A DNA stretch of 64,000 bases from an uncultured Bacteroidales bacterium (GTDB lineage: Bacteria > Bacteroidota > Bacteroidia > Bacteroidales > Paludibacteraceae): the NCBI GenBank assembly GCA_937907165.1, contig CALCUH010000034.1, forward strand, positions 10,840-74,839. Direction: 5' to 3'. How positions within the stretch are numbered: position 1 is the stretch's first letter; every line of letters starts with the position of its first letter. Under the pieces are notes generated by a model. That model ran no database searches, was not told the DNA's origin, and saw nothing but the letters and a program-made list of their open reading frames with translations. Below, one piece after another: positions 8,405-19,145 of the stretch. The translations under genes and the position numbers were made by a program.

Positions 8405-9439
8405 TTACTCTAACGAAGATAAAGGCACCCTAATCACCTCAGGAGATATCTCAACTCCGAAATTCTTCTTCACAGACGAACAGATATTCTGAGCCAAGCT
8501 CCACACATCCGTCCCAGTAGCGCCACCATAATTGACCAACACCAAAGCTTGCTTCTCGTAAACACCCACATTACCTACACGTTTACCTTTCCAACCGCTC
8601 TGTTCTATCAGCCATCCCGCAGGAATCTTGCAACCATTCACCATCTCATAGAAAGGCATCTTAGGATAACGCTCCAGCAATTTGTCCACAACAGGACGTT
8701 CCACAACAGGATTTTTAAAGAAACTGCCCGCACTGCCTAACACGGCAGGATCAGGTAACTTATCATGACGGATCTGCCGGACCGTCTCTCGAATAACCCG
8801 CAAAGCATCCTTATCCTCCGGCGACAACGGGCGATCCAAAGCGGAACGCAGATTACCATAATCCAAGCACAGACGATGGAAAGGAGCTTTCGTCAGACGG
8901 AAGTCGACCGACAAGACGATATATTGCGGATGACTTTTAAAAAAACTATTACGATAACCGAACTCGCAATCAGCATTGGCAAGCGAAAGAGTCGTTCCGT
9001 TCACCGTGTCGAAAAGGAGGACAGCATCTATCACATCCTTCGCCTCCACGCCATAAGCGCCCACATTTTGGACAGGAGCAGCTCCGACACTACAAGGTAT
9101 CGACGAAAGATTCTCCACACCGCCCCAATCCTGATCAACCGCATAGGCGATAAAGTCATCCAAGACGCAACCCGCCTCTACACGCACCAACACATCGCTA
9201 CCCGTCTCATGCTGAATCGTAACATTTTTAGCAACTGAATGAAGGATAGTACCCTCATAATCACCGCAGAAAAGCAGATTCGCTCCACAGCCTATAGAGA
9301 GCCATGGTCGGGAAAAGAGCCCATCCTTATAGAGGCGCGTCAAATCGTCCTCACCCTCATATTCGATAAAAAAAGAGCAGACGGCGGGGATTCCGAAAGT
9401 GTTATTCCCCTTTAACTGATAATTTTTATGTATTTCCAT
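8405..9439 (-). CDS. murB: UDP-N-acetylmuramate dehydrogenase
   Basis: 344 aa. FAD-binding PCMH-type N-terminus (NNTFGIPA..., GCGANLLF) and a MurB C-terminal domain (AGWLIEQSGWKG). Confidence 0.9.
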   Translation of the reverse strand: MEIHKNYQLKGNNTFGIPAVCSFFIEYEGEDDLTRLYKDGLFSRPWLSIGCGANLLFCGDYEGTILHSVAKNVTIQHETGSDVLVRVEAGCVLDDFIAYAVDQDWGGVENLSSIPCSVGAAPVQNVGAYGVEAKDVIDAVLLFDTVNGTTLSLANADCEFGYRNSFFKSHPQYIVLSVDFRLTKAPFHRLCLDYGNLRSALDRPLSPEDKDALRVIRETVRQIRHDKLPDPAVLGSAGSFFKNPVVERPVVDKLLERYPKMPFYEMVNGCKIPAGWLIEQSGWKGKRVGNVGVYEKQALVLVNYGGATGTDVWSLAQNICSSVKKNFGVEISPEVIRVPLSSLE

Positions 9440-9556
9440 AAGATTTCACTTTTTACAAAGTTAATTTTTCATAGGCATAAAAAAGAATGATATGGGCTAA
9501 AAAATCATTCTTCCGGGTAAATTCAAAAACACACAAAGCGAACAAAGCGATTAGAC

Positions 9557-9591
9557 GTAATAAAAAAGGCGATGTCAGAAACACCGCCTTT
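9557..9591 (-). terminator. terminator of the RRM-protein gene
   Basis: In the minus-strand RNA, AAAGGCG pairs with CGCCUUU and is followed by UUUAUU. Confidence 0.55.
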
Positions 9592-9612
9592 AAACTTCAA
9601 TCTAAAAAATCA

Positions 9613-9909
9613 TTATTCACGATTTCTACGGAAATTACCGCGTGGTCCGTTTCCCGGACGTCTCTCCTCACGCGGTTGAGCCTCCTTGATATGGATTGTT
9701 CTACCGTCGAACTCGCCGCCGTCCAATTCAGAGATAGCCTTACGGGCAGCCTCATCATCCGGCATCTCGACAAAGCCGAAACCTCTGGACTTTTGTGTCT
9801 CCCTATCAAGAATCACCTTGGCAGAAGAGACTTCCCCATACTCTTTAAACAAATCACACAAGTCCGCATCAGTAACAGCGTAACTCAAATTTGAAACAAA
9901 AATGTTCAT
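9613..9909 (-). CDS. RNA-binding protein with a single RRM domain
   Basis: RNP2 NIFVSNL and RNP1 SRGFGFVEM, with an Arg/Gly-rich tail. Confidence 0.9.
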   Translation of the reverse strand: MNIFVSNLSYAVTDADLCDLFKEYGEVSSAKVILDRETQKSRGFGFVEMPDDEAARKAISELDGGEFDGRTIHIKEAQPREERRPGNGPRGNFRRNRE

Positions 9910-10071
9910 CAATAAAAATATAAAAAATAAATAATAGGTTCGATATTGGGGAAGAAAGATAAACTATGTTTGAGAAAGACAAACCATCATTTGACATTCT
10001 AACGGCCAAAATCCAATACAAATATAATTATTAATCTCAAAGTCTTGTCGCAAATTCATAAAAAAAGATAG

Positions 10072-10079
10072 TAACTTTG
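10072..10079 (+). promoter_or_regulatory. Bacteroidota -7 promoter element TAACTTTG (TAnnTTTG) upstream of the thioesterase gene
   Basis: Perfect match to TAnnTTTG, 20 nt upstream of the ATG at 10099. The -33 element is weak (CTTG). Confidence 0.4.
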
Positions 10080-10098
10080 TATATAATTAGTAAAAAAA

Positions 10099-10824
10099 AT
10101 GGAACTCATCGGCACACATACTTTCACTGTTCAACCCTTTGAAGTCGATTTCAGAGGAGAAATCACCTTGGCACTCATCATCAGCAACCTTTTAAACACG
10201 GCTGGACACCACGCCAACGAAAGAGGATTCGGCATCAAACAGCTCAATCAGAGCGGCAACACTTGGGTATTATCCCGCCTTGTCATAGAAATGAGCCGCA
10301 TGCCACAAGAAGGAGAAACCGTAAAGATAGAGACTTGGATAGAGAGCGTAATCAGGAGTTTCACACAAAGGAACTTTTGTATCAAAGGAGAAGGCGAAGA
10401 AATCCTCGGATACGCTAAGTCATTTTGGGCGATGATCAATATGGAGTCACGTCGTCCTGCCAGTCTAGCCGAACAACACCTTGAACGATTTTTCTGCGAC
10501 AAAGATTGTCCGATTGAAAGAGCGGGGAAAATCAGTGTGTCAACAGAAGGCGACAAATCCTATATTAACATAAAATACAGCGACTTAGACATCAACAAGC
10601 ACCTTAACAGCGCAAAATATGTCGAACATATCCTCAACGCATTCGACATGGAAGAACTAGAAGGACAAACAATTAAGAGGCTCGAGATGGAATATTTAGA
10701 GGAATGCAGATTCGGAGAGACCATTCAAATCACCAAAACGAAAGTGTCTGGGAAAGAATACCTAATCAACATGGCCAAAGAATCAGGAGAAACAGCATGC
10801 AAAAGCAAAATCTTCTTGCAATAA
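10099..10824 (+). CDS. acyl-ACP thioesterase
   Basis: 241 aa. Double hot-dog layout whose N-terminus (FTVQPFEVDFRGEITL...) is typical of the FatA/B-like bacterial acyl-ACP thioesterase family. Confidence 0.75.
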   Translation: MELIGTHTFTVQPFEVDFRGEITLALIISNLLNTAGHHANERGFGIKQLNQSGNTWVLSRLVIEMSRMPQEGETVKIETWIESVIRSFTQRNFCIKGEGEEILGYAKSFWAMINMESRRPASLAEQHLERFFCDKDCPIERAGKISVSTEGDKSYINIKYSDLDINKHLNSAKYVEHILNAFDMEELEGQTIKRLEMEYLEECRFGETIQITKTKVSGKEYLINMAKESGETACKSKIFLQ

Positions 10825-11044
10825 AGGCGCTCCGTGGCACATTCCAGCGTCATTATTTTCCATCATATAGCGAAAGATTCCATACACTTCAAAAAAAATA
10901 TTGTCCGTATCTATCGACAGCGCTGTAATTATATTTAATTATTTAAAAATCAGCAAAATACGCATAAACACAATCCAAAAAACGGAATAATCAGTCTGTT
11001 TAAAAAAGGAGAATTTAAAGGAGGTGTGTTTAGATGTTTTTTTG

Positions 11045-11052
11045 TAAATTTG
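11045..11052 (+). promoter_or_regulatory. -7 promoter element TAAATTTG upstream of the DUF1846 gene
   Basis: Perfect TAnnTTTG, 31 nt upstream of the ATG at 11083. Confidence 0.4.
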
Positions 11053-11082
11053 CACCTTTGTTATAAACAATTGTGTGTGAAT

Positions 11083-12546
11083 ATGAAATACGGATTCGAC
11101 AACGAAAAGTATTTGAAAATCCAGTCCGAACATATCAAGGAAAGGATTGGGAAATTCGGGGACAAGCTCTATTTGGAGTTCGGAGGGAAACTGTTCGACG
11201 ACTATCACGCCAGCAGGGTATTACCAGGATTCCAACCTGACAGCAAACTAAAAATGCTGATGCAGTTAAGCGATTGTGCTGAAATCATCATCGTCATCAG
11301 CGCCATCGACATAGAAAAGAATAAGGTTAGAAGCGATTTAGGCATCACGTACGACATGGACGTCATCCGTCTGCGCGACGAATTCGTGAACAGGGGATTG
11401 ATGGTCGGCTCCGTTGTCATCACTCACTACAAAGGGCAAGAGAGTGCGAAAACTTTCACAAAAAAGCTGAAACGTCTCAACATAAAGACCTATTACCACT
11501 ACACCATAGAGGGCTATCCTTCCAATGTGGCGCTTATCGACTCCGACGAAGGATTCGGCAAGAACGATTACGTCGAGACGACCAGACCGTTAGTAGTCGT
11601 GACAGCTCCGGGTCCGGGAAGCGGTAAGATGGCAGTATGTCTCAGCCAACTCTACCAAGAGAACAAGAAAGGCATCAAGGCGGGATACGCAAAGTTCGAG
11701 ACATTCCCGATATGGAACCTTCCGCTAAAACACCCGGTCAACATCGCCTACGAGGCGGCCACCGCAGACTTGAACGACGTGAACATGATCGACCCGTTCC
11801 ATCTGGAAGCCTACGGAAAGACAACTGTCAACTACAATAGGGACATTGAAATATTCCCCGTGCTAAACGCCATCTTCGAAGGCATCTACAAAGAGAACCC
11901 ATATAAATCGCCCACAGACATGGGCGTGAATATGGCAGGAAACTGCATCTACGACGACGAAGCCTGCCAATACGCCTCCAAACAAGAGATTATACGCAGA
12001 TACTATGCGGCGCTCAGCGACGTGGCGGAAGGGAAATGTGATGAATCCGAGGCAAACAAAATCGCCCTTCTGATGCAACAGGTAAAAGCAACAACAGACG
12101 ACCGCAAGGTGACCGTGGCGGCAAAAGCAAGAGCCGAGAAATCAAAGGTTCCTACCGCTGCCATCGAATTAGCGGACGGCACCATCATCACATCGGAGAC
12201 GACCTCATTACTAGGCACCTGTGCCGCACTTCTTCTCAACGCCACCAAACATCTAGCGGGCATCGACCACAAAGTGAAGCTTATTCCGGCAGATATGATC
12301 GAACCGATACAAAACATGAAGGTCTCCTACCTCAAAGGGAAGAATCCTCGCCTGCACACAGACGAAGTGCTGGTGGCCTTAGCAATGCTCAGCAAAAACG
12401 ATGAGAATTGTGCAAAAGCATTGAATCAACTATCAAAATTCGAAGGATGCCAAGTCCACACCACCGTGATGATAAGCGAAGTGGACAGGAAAATATTCAA
12501 AAAACTAGGAGTGGACTTCACTTGCGAGCCAATCAAAAAACGATAA
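11083..12546 (+). CDS. DUF1846 (UPF0371) family protein
   Basis: MKYGFDNEKYLKIQSEHIKERI... is the usual N-terminus of this family. The start was moved from the ORF-track start (11026) to the in-frame ATG at 11083. Confidence 0.7.
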   Translation: MKYGFDNEKYLKIQSEHIKERIGKFGDKLYLEFGGKLFDDYHASRVLPGFQPDSKLKMLMQLSDCAEIIIVISAIDIEKNKVRSDLGITYDMDVIRLRDEFVNRGLMVGSVVITHYKGQESAKTFTKKLKRLNIKTYYHYTIEGYPSNVALIDSDEGFGKNDYVETTRPLVVVTAPGPGSGKMAVCLSQLYQENKKGIKAGYAKFETFPIWNLPLKHPVNIAYEAATADLNDVNMIDPFHLEAYGKTTVNYNRDIEIFPVLNAIFEGIYKENPYKSPTDMGVNMAGNCIYDDEACQYASKQEIIRRYYAALSDVAEGKCDESEANKIALLMQQVKATTDDRKVTVAAKARAEKSKVPTAAIELADGTIITSETTSLLGTCAALLLNATKHLAGIDHKVKLIPADMIEPIQNMKVSYLKGKNPRLHTDEVLVALAMLSKNDENCAKALNQLSKFEGCQVHTTVMISEVDRKIFKKLGVDFTCEPIKKR

Positions 12547-12550
12547 GCCC

Positions 12551-13297
12551 ATGTTCGCCATCAAAGAAATAGAAAAAGTAGGAGCATACACCCAATTACT
12601 CTATCGAGTATTCGCCAAACCGGATAGATGGAGTATGTTTTTCCGCCAATATAGGGAAGAATTGAAAAAACAGGGCATAGACTCCCTCGCCATAGATGTG
12701 ATCATATCCATCTTCATCGGCGCCGTCATCACCATCCAGATGATTAAGAATATGGAGAATCCAATTCTCCCCAACACGCTAATCGGGTTGGCGACGCGCG
12801 ACATTCTTTTACTGGAATTCTCATCGGCCATCCTCTGCCTTATCCTTGCGGGTAAAGTAGGTTCTAACATCGCATCCGAAATAGGCACGATGCGGATTAC
12901 GGAGCAAATAGACGCCTTAGACATCATGGGCGTCAACTCAGCCAATTACCTGATACTTCCGAAAATCATCGCCTTCGTCACCATCACCCCGATATTGGTT
13001 CTTACCAGTATGTTCGTGGGAATCATCGGAGGATACGGCGTAGGTTTGTTCACAGACCTGATTACAGTCAACGCATACGAGGCGGGCATCCAATACGCCT
13101 TCACGCCTTATTACATCACCTACTCCATCATCAAGAGCGTCATCTTCGCCTTCATCATCACATCCGTATCCGCCTTTTATGGATATAGTGTCAAGGGAGG
13201 AGCCTTGGAAGTGGGTAAGGCAAGTACCGACGCCGTTGTAAACAGCAGCGTCCTTATTCTTCTATTCGACATCATGTTAACGAAACTGCTATTATGA
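12551..13297 (+). CDS. MlaE-family ABC transporter permease
   Basis: 248-aa polytopic membrane protein, translationally coupled (4-nt overlap) to the following ATPase. Confidence 0.75.
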   Translation: MFAIKEIEKVGAYTQLLYRVFAKPDRWSMFFRQYREELKKQGIDSLAIDVIISIFIGAVITIQMIKNMENPILPNTLIGLATRDILLLEFSSAILCLILAGKVGSNIASEIGTMRITEQIDALDIMGVNSANYLILPKIIAFVTITPILVLTSMFVGIIGGYGVGLFTDLITVNAYEAGIQYAFTPYYITYSIIKSVIFAFIITSVSAFYGYSVKGGALEVGKASTDAVVNSSVLILLFDIMLTKLLL

Positions 13298-14076
13298 TCG
13301 AGGTAAAGCACGCAATCAAATCATTCGACGGAAACACAGTCCTCAAAGACGTCTCCACCCTATTTGAGACAGGAAAGACCAACCTCATCATCGGGCAGAG
13401 CGGTTCCGGAAAAACCGTGCTCATGAAGAGCGTAGTCGGCATCCACAGAATCGATTCAGGTGAGATATTATACGACGGCAGAGACATCACCCAAATGAAA
13501 CGAAAAGAGCTCAACCAACTCCGTAGGGAAATCGGTATGCTCTTTCAAGGCGCCGCATTGTTCGACTCCATGACGGTCCTACAAAACGTGAAATTCCCGC
13601 TCGACATGTTTTCCGACATGACAGAAGAGGAAAAGACGGCCCGTGCCAAGTTCTGCCTGGAAAGAGTGGAACTCTCACATGCGCTCGACCTCGCACCATC
13701 CGAAATCAGCGGTGGTATGCAGAAGCGCGCCGCCATAGCAAGAGCTATTGTATTGAATCCCAAATACTTATTCTGCGACGAACCTAACTCGGGACTTGAT
13801 CCGAAGACATCCCTTCTCATCGACCAATTGATTCAAGACATCACCCACGAGTTCAATATCACCACCGTCATCAACACGCACGATATGAACTCCGTGATGG
13901 AGATCGGAGAGAACATCGTCTTCATCTACAAAGGTGAAAAAGGATGGCAAGGCACCAAAGACGAGATATTCGAAACAGGCTGCGAGACATTGGAAGAGTT
14001 CATATTCGCCTCCAACCTCTTTAAAGAGGTAAAAGAGGCACATCTTCACTTCTCGAAAGGTAAGAACAACAAATAA
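13294..14076 (+). CDS. ABC transporter ATP-binding protein (MlaF-like)
   Basis: Walker A GQSGSGKT, signature SGGMQKR, Walker B LFCDEPNSGLD. Confidence 0.85.
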   Translation: MIEVKHAIKSFDGNTVLKDVSTLFETGKTNLIIGQSGSGKTVLMKSVVGIHRIDSGEILYDGRDITQMKRKELNQLRREIGMLFQGAALFDSMTVLQNVKFPLDMFSDMTEEEKTARAKFCLERVELSHALDLAPSEISGGMQKRAAIARAIVLNPKYLFCDEPNSGLDPKTSLLIDQLIQDITHEFNITTVINTHDMNSVMEIGENIVFIYKGEKGWQGTKDEIFETGCETLEEFIFASNLFKEVKEAHLHFSKGKNNK

Positions 14077-14096
14077 AACAGATAGGAGGAAAAGAC

Positions 14097-14372
14097 ATGG
14101 CGATACTCGATTTCTTAAAAACACCGAAAATCAGGGAATACCACCACGAATACATCTATTACGATCCCGACAAAGAGGCAAGAGAAGAGAGAATCAAAAG
14201 GGTTCAAAGGAAAAAGGAAGCCGAGAAGAACAACGAGCTCTATTCTTCCACTTTGAAACAGGGCGTATTCACTTCCCAATTGAAGAGTAACAAGATTAAG
14301 TCGGAAAGCAAAAATCTCCGCATCGTTATGACTCTAATCGTCATCGCCGTCATCATCTACATGATAAAATAA
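14097..14372 (+). CDS. hypothetical tail-anchored small protein
   Basis: 91 aa. Charged Lys/Glu-rich body and a C-terminal TM segment (IVMTLIVIAVIIYMI). Confidence 0.45.
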   Translation: MAILDFLKTPKIREYHHEYIYYDPDKEAREERIKRVQRKKEAEKNNELYSSTLKQGVFTSQLKSNKIKSESKNLRIVMTLIVIAVIIYMIK

Positions 14373-14377
14373 CGATT

Positions 14378-16306
14378 ATGAACGACATCATACATGTTTT
14401 GCCTGATTCCGTAGCTAATCAAATAGCGGCGGGAGAAGTAATCCAACGTCCGGCATCGGTCATCAAAGAGTTGGTAGAAAACTCCATAGACGCAGGAGCG
14501 GACAACATCCAAGTGGTGATTAAAGATGCGGGACGCACCCTCATCCAAGTCATCGACAACGGGAAAGGTATGAGCGAGACGGACGCCCGCATCGCGTTCG
14601 AGCGCCACGCCACCTCAAAAATCAACACCGCCAACGACCTATTCGCCTTAAAAACGATGGGATTCCGAGGGGAAGCGTTAGCCTCCATCGCCTCCATCGC
14701 TCAAGTGGAACTACGTACCAGAAGGGCGGAAGACGAAGTCGGGACGCTCGTCACGATAGCAGGCTGCAAGGTGGAGAACCAGACATCCGTCTCATGCCCC
14801 GTCGGGACCAATTTCGCCGTGAAGAACATCTTCTTCAACGTGCCTGCCCGCAGAAAATTCCTCAAATCGAACGCATACGAATTCTCCCAGATAGAGCGGG
14901 AATTCTACCGCATAGCGCTTGTCTACCCGCAGATAGAGTTTCAACTCATACACAACGACCAAATCATTCTGTCGTTGAAGAAAGGCAACTACAAAGAGCG
15001 CATCAGCAGCGTGTTCAAGAACGTCAAAGGAATCAGCACGCAACTCTTCAGCATCAATGTAGACTCTACCCTGGCGAAAATTTACGGATTCGTGGGGAAG
15101 CCCGAGACAGCCAAGAAAAAGAACGACAGACAATTCTTCTTCGTGAACGGAAGATTCATGAAGCACAACTACTTCCACAGCGCAGTCATCCAAGCCTACG
15201 GAACGATGTTGCAACCCGGCACGTCGCCCGACTATTTCATCTACTTCGAGATAGATCCGGAGAGCATAGACGTGAACATACACCCGACTAAAACAGAAAT
15301 TAAATTTGAGAACGAGAGCGCCATCTGGCCGCTTGTGACCTCTGGCGTCAGGGAAGGATTAGGAAAGTTCAACATCGCCCCGAGCATCGATTTCGACATG
15401 GAGGGAGCCGCCGACATTCCCGTATTCTCCAGCAGGAAAAACTCGTCTATCAATGCACCTAAGATCGAAATAGACACCAATTACAACCCGTTCGAGCAAG
15501 AGAAAACATCGGGTTCCCGCTCCTCCTATAGGAAAGAGAACACGTCAGGATGGGAGAACCTCTACGAAGGATTCGAATCCAGCAAATGGAGACCATCGGA
15601 AGCGACAGACATCTTCGAAAGTAATGTTTCCGGAGAAGGATTCGAAAGCGACAACACAGAATCGGAAGAGGGTGAAATAGTATGGAACGACACTCCGGAA
15701 GCCACGCAAGGCACTCTCAATATCGGAGGAGAGACAGAGGAGAGTCATAAGGAATACCTACAATTCAAGAACAAATACATCGTCACGCCCGTCAAATCAG
15801 GGCTCATGTGCATAGACCAGCACAGGGCGCACGTGCGGATTCTCTACGACCAATACATAACGCTCATCAGCCAAAAGAAGAGCGCCTCCCAGAAACTTTT
15901 ATTCCCTGAGATAATAGAACTCTCAGAAGCGGAATCACTGATTCTGAACGATGCGATGGAAGACCTTCAATACATCGGGTTCGACCTCGCCCCGCTAGGC
16001 AAGAACACCTATAGTCTAAACGGAGCGCCCGCCAACCTAGCTAACGCTTCCGCAAAAAACTATGTGACGAACATCATCGCCACACTGAAAGAGTCACGCA
16101 TAGACTTCAAGACACAAATCACGGAGCACGTGGCACTCTCCATGGCGGAGATGTCGGCGACCCCTTACGGAAGAGAACTACACGACCAAGAGATGATGGC
16201 GCTCGTCAGCGACCTATTCAAGTCGAAAGAGCCCGATTTCACGCCAGACGACAAACTAATCATTAAAATAATTCCGACGGACGACATCGAGAAAGGATTC
16301 AAATAA
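14378..16306 (+). CDS. mutL: DNA mismatch repair endonuclease MutL
   Basis: 642 aa. GHKL ATPase N-terminus (IAAGEVIQRPASVIKELVENSIDAG, DNGKGM), a long acidic linker, and a C-terminal dimerisation domain. Confidence 0.95.
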   Translation: MNDIIHVLPDSVANQIAAGEVIQRPASVIKELVENSIDAGADNIQVVIKDAGRTLIQVIDNGKGMSETDARIAFERHATSKINTANDLFALKTMGFRGEALASIASIAQVELRTRRAEDEVGTLVTIAGCKVENQTSVSCPVGTNFAVKNIFFNVPARRKFLKSNAYEFSQIEREFYRIALVYPQIEFQLIHNDQIILSLKKGNYKERISSVFKNVKGISTQLFSINVDSTLAKIYGFVGKPETAKKKNDRQFFFVNGRFMKHNYFHSAVIQAYGTMLQPGTSPDYFIYFEIDPESIDVNIHPTKTEIKFENESAIWPLVTSGVREGLGKFNIAPSIDFDMEGAADIPVFSSRKNSSINAPKIEIDTNYNPFEQEKTSGSRSSYRKENTSGWENLYEGFESSKWRPSEATDIFESNVSGEGFESDNTESEEGEIVWNDTPEATQGTLNIGGETEESHKEYLQFKNKYIVTPVKSGLMCIDQHRAHVRILYDQYITLISQKKSASQKLLFPEIIELSEAESLILNDAMEDLQYIGFDLAPLGKNTYSLNGAPANLANASAKNYVTNIIATLKESRIDFKTQITEHVALSMAEMSATPYGRELHDQEMMALVSDLFKSKEPDFTPDDKLIIKIIPTDDIEKGFK

Positions 16307-16749
16307 TGGCGAAAGAAGATAAAGAAGAGGTTCGCATAGACAAATGGCTATGGGCGGTACGTTTGTTCAAGACCCGCACCATCGCAGCGGAAGCCTGCAA
16401 AAAAGGACGTGTCATGATGGGCGGAACCAATGTGAAAGCCTCCAAAATGATCCGTCTCAACGACATCATACAAATCAAACGTCCACCCATCGTCTACTCA
16501 TTCAAAGTCTTAGGGTTGACCGAGAACAGAATGGGTGCGAAACTCGTACCCGATTTCATGGAGAACGTCACCACCCCCGACCAGCTACAAATGCTTGAGC
16601 TGAGCAAATTCAGTTCAAACGGCAAGCGAGACAGAGGCACAGGACGTCCTACCAAAAAGGAACGCCGCGACTTGGAAGAGTTCATCGAGCCAAGCTACGG
16701 GTTCGACGACGAATTCCTATTCGATTTCTCTGATGACGACGACGATTAA
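16306..16749 (+). CDS. S4-domain RNA-binding protein (Hsp15/HslR-like) with an acidic tail
   Basis: VRIDKWLWAVRLFKTRTIAAEACKKGRV is a typical S4 domain. The start overlaps the mutL stop by 1 nt. Confidence 0.8.
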   Translation: MAKEDKEEVRIDKWLWAVRLFKTRTIAAEACKKGRVMMGGTNVKASKMIRLNDIIQIKRPPIVYSFKVLGLTENRMGAKLVPDFMENVTTPDQLQMLELSKFSSNGKRDRGTGRPTKKERRDLEEFIEPSYGFDDEFLFDFSDDDDD

Positions 16750-16759
16750 AAATAACAAC

Positions 16760-17308
16760 ATGAGAAGGAGGATTACATTCATACTATTCTTGCTGATTCT
16801 CTCCTTGGGAATGGTCCATGCGCAAAAGTACACCTATTTCACAGAAGAGACGGAAGAGGGCGTCCGATACGGCTACAAAGACAACAATGGGGATCCCTAT
16901 TGCTCCGTTTACATGATTGGAACACTACCCGACCCATACGTCAGCGGCCTCAGACGAATCACAAAGGACGGAAAGATCGGGTTCGTCAACAAAAAGGGAG
17001 TGATCGTCATTCCGCCCATTTATGACCAAGCGGAACAATTTTCAAAAAAAACATGCGTCGTCAATATTGGCGCACAAGCAATCGAAAATTCAGCGACCGA
17101 CGCATTCACGGAAGGGGAAAAAGTAGGCGGTCTATGGGGCGTCATCAATAAAAAAGGAGAGACAATACTACCCTGCGCATTCACCCGTATAAAGGACGGA
17201 AATACAGGCGAATACGAATACAAAAAGGGCGTGCAAATCTTCACGCTTTCCCCCAAAGGGAAAATCGTCTTCAAGAAAATAGCATCTATAGAAAAAAAGG
17301 GAGAATAA
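16760..17308 (+). CDS. WG-repeat (KWG) containing secreted protein
   Basis: Signal peptide MRRRITFILFLLILSLGMVHA and repeated YGYKD.../GKIGFVNKKGVIVIPPIYD/GLWGVINKKGETILPCAF units. Confidence 0.7.
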   Translation: MRRRITFILFLLILSLGMVHAQKYTYFTEETEEGVRYGYKDNNGDPYCSVYMIGTLPDPYVSGLRRITKDGKIGFVNKKGVIVIPPIYDQAEQFSKKTCVVNIGAQAIENSATDAFTEGEKVGGLWGVINKKGETILPCAFTRIKDGNTGEYEYKKGVQIFTLSPKGKIVFKKIASIEKKGE

Positions 17309-17311
17309 GCC

Positions 17312-17857
17312 ATGCTGATCGCTAAACAAAAAAAAGAAGAAAACATCGCGGAATATGTCATCTACATGTGGCAATTGGAAGACATCCTAAGAGCCAACAA
17401 ATTAGACATCAACAACATACAGAACCTCATCATCGACCCTTACCCAGTTGACGAGCAAACCAAGAAAGAGATGAGGGAATGGTACGACAACCTCATCCAA
17501 ATGATGAAGATGGAACATTTGGAGGAGAAAGGGCATCTCCAAATCATCAAAAATACGGTGGACGACATGAACGACCTCCACATGGAATTGCTTCAGAAGC
17601 CCAAAGAAATACAATATAACGCACTATTTTTCAAAACATTGCCATTCCTTGTGGAATTCAGGAAGAAAGTAGGTGCCGGCGAAGAGATGAACGATGTGGA
17701 ACTTTCTCTTCAAGCCTTGTACGGAATCCTGCTGCTCAGACTACAAAAGAAAGAGATCACGGCAGACACCTTAACCGCAGTGAAGCAAATCAGCCAACTA
17801 CTCGCCGTGCTCGCCCAGAAATACAAGACATGGTTAAGTGAGGAACCAGAGGACTAA
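17312..17857 (+). CDS. DUF4924-like protein
   Basis: 181 aa. N-terminal KKEENIAEYVIYMWQLEDILRA resembles this Bacteroidota family. The assignment is from memory. Confidence 0.55.
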   Translation: MLIAKQKKEENIAEYVIYMWQLEDILRANKLDINNIQNLIIDPYPVDEQTKKEMREWYDNLIQMMKMEHLEEKGHLQIIKNTVDDMNDLHMELLQKPKEIQYNALFFKTLPFLVEFRKKVGAGEEMNDVELSLQALYGILLLRLQKKEITADTLTAVKQISQLLAVLAQKYKTWLSEEPED

Positions 17858-18460
17858 ATAGTGGAAGAGGCTGCCCGCATAGACAAACACGTGCCAGATG
17901 GCATGATAATAAGTATGCTCCCCATCCTTCCAAAAGAAATATGTACCCAACGTAAATGAGAGTCCCTCGCCCAACAACATCCACAAACTGATGGCGGGGA
18001 AAGTCTCAAACACAGGCTTGACGATGAAGACAATCATCCAGCCCATCGTCAAATAGAGTCCTAACGAGAACTTGGGATATTTACCCAAGAAAAATATCTT
18101 ATAGACGATACCCAATAACGTCAGCGTCCAAATCACCAAGAAACAGACGTTTCCGAGTGTTCCGCCTATCGTATACAACAAAATCGGAGAATATGAGCCC
18201 GCAATGGAGAGATAGATGGCGCTATGGTCGAAATAGCGCAAGACACGTTTTATCTTCGCATCGGTAACCCAATGATAAATCGTCGAAGAGAAGAACATCA
18301 TGAACTCCCCGATGAAGAAAAGAATCAAGCCTAAATCCAAGAGAAACGATTCATGACGCGCTCCCCTGATCCACAAAAAGACCGCCATCAAACAAAACAG
18401 AACCAAACCACCCGCATGCGTCCACGTATTCGCGAACTCCGCTTTTTTCTTATCGAACAT
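17834..18460 (-). CDS. hemolysin III / PAQR-family membrane protein
   Basis: 208 aa, 7-TM, with HxxG.. and FDHSAIY, HAIWH motifs. Confidence 0.8.
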   Translation of the reverse strand: MFDKKKAEFANTWTHAGGLVLFCLMAVFLWIRGARHESFLLDLGLILFFIGEFMMFFSSTIYHWVTDAKIKRVLRYFDHSAIYLSIAGSYSPILLYTIGGTLGNVCFLVIWTLTLLGIVYKIFFLGKYPKFSLGLYLTMGWMIVFIVKPVFETFPAISLWMLLGEGLSFTLGTYFFWKDGEHTYYHAIWHVFVYAGSLFHYLVLWFLT

Positions 18461-18473
18461 AAAACAAATATAA

Positions 18474-19145
18474 TTAATACATTAAAACCGTAGAAACATT
18501 ATCCTTCACCCAAGCGGCGCCATACCCAGACGCAGTATCCACGCCTTGCAAGAAGGACTCGACAAAGGCACGCTCTCCCTCCACCGCCCAGACACGCAAG
18601 AGACGAGCCACGGAAGAATAGACCGCATGAGAAGAAGAATAAACGTCAACCGTCATCGCCTTGCGGCAAGCCCCAAGCGCCTCTTCCGACAAAACGCCAC
18701 GACGGAAGAGTACGGAAGACAAGACATAAGCGAGCGCCTTGGCATATTCGTTCTCGTCAGCCAACAAATTCACGCACAATGTATTTGCGCCATTCCACTT
18801 GCTCAAGAGATTTATAGACAATTGCTCCACCATCTCCATATTATGGCATCTCTCCACCCACTTTAGAACCTCAGTCTCCGTCAGAGATTCGAGCGGACAA
18901 AGCAACGTAGCCAATATCATCATCTCCCTACAATCGGAAAACCACAAGCGTTGAGCCAAAGGGAAGTCAGTCTCCAACTCCCTTGCCAACTCTTTAAGAC
19001 GGGGCAATTGCACGCCATAATTAAGCTTATATCCTAAAGAAGACATACTCTCCGAAACCACGCCGTTCATGGAGAGGTGCAACAAACGTTTGATTTTAAC
19101 TACCTTATTCTCTAAATCCTCGTTGTATAGGAAAACAGCATCCAT
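18474..19145 (-). CDS. DNA alkylation repair (AlkD-like HEAT repeat) protein
   Basis: 223-aa all-helical protein whose family resemblance I recall from memory. There are no catalytic motifs to verify. Confidence 0.55.
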   Translation of the reverse strand: MDAVFLYNEDLENKVVKIKRLLHLSMNGVVSESMSSLGYKLNYGVQLPRLKELARELETDFPLAQRLWFSDCREMMILATLLCPLESLTETEVLKWVERCHNMEMVEQLSINLLSKWNGANTLCVNLLADENEYAKALAYVLSSVLFRRGVLSEEALGACRKAMTVDVYSSSHAVYSSVARLLRVWAVEGERAFVESFLQGVDTASGYGAAWVKDNVSTVLMY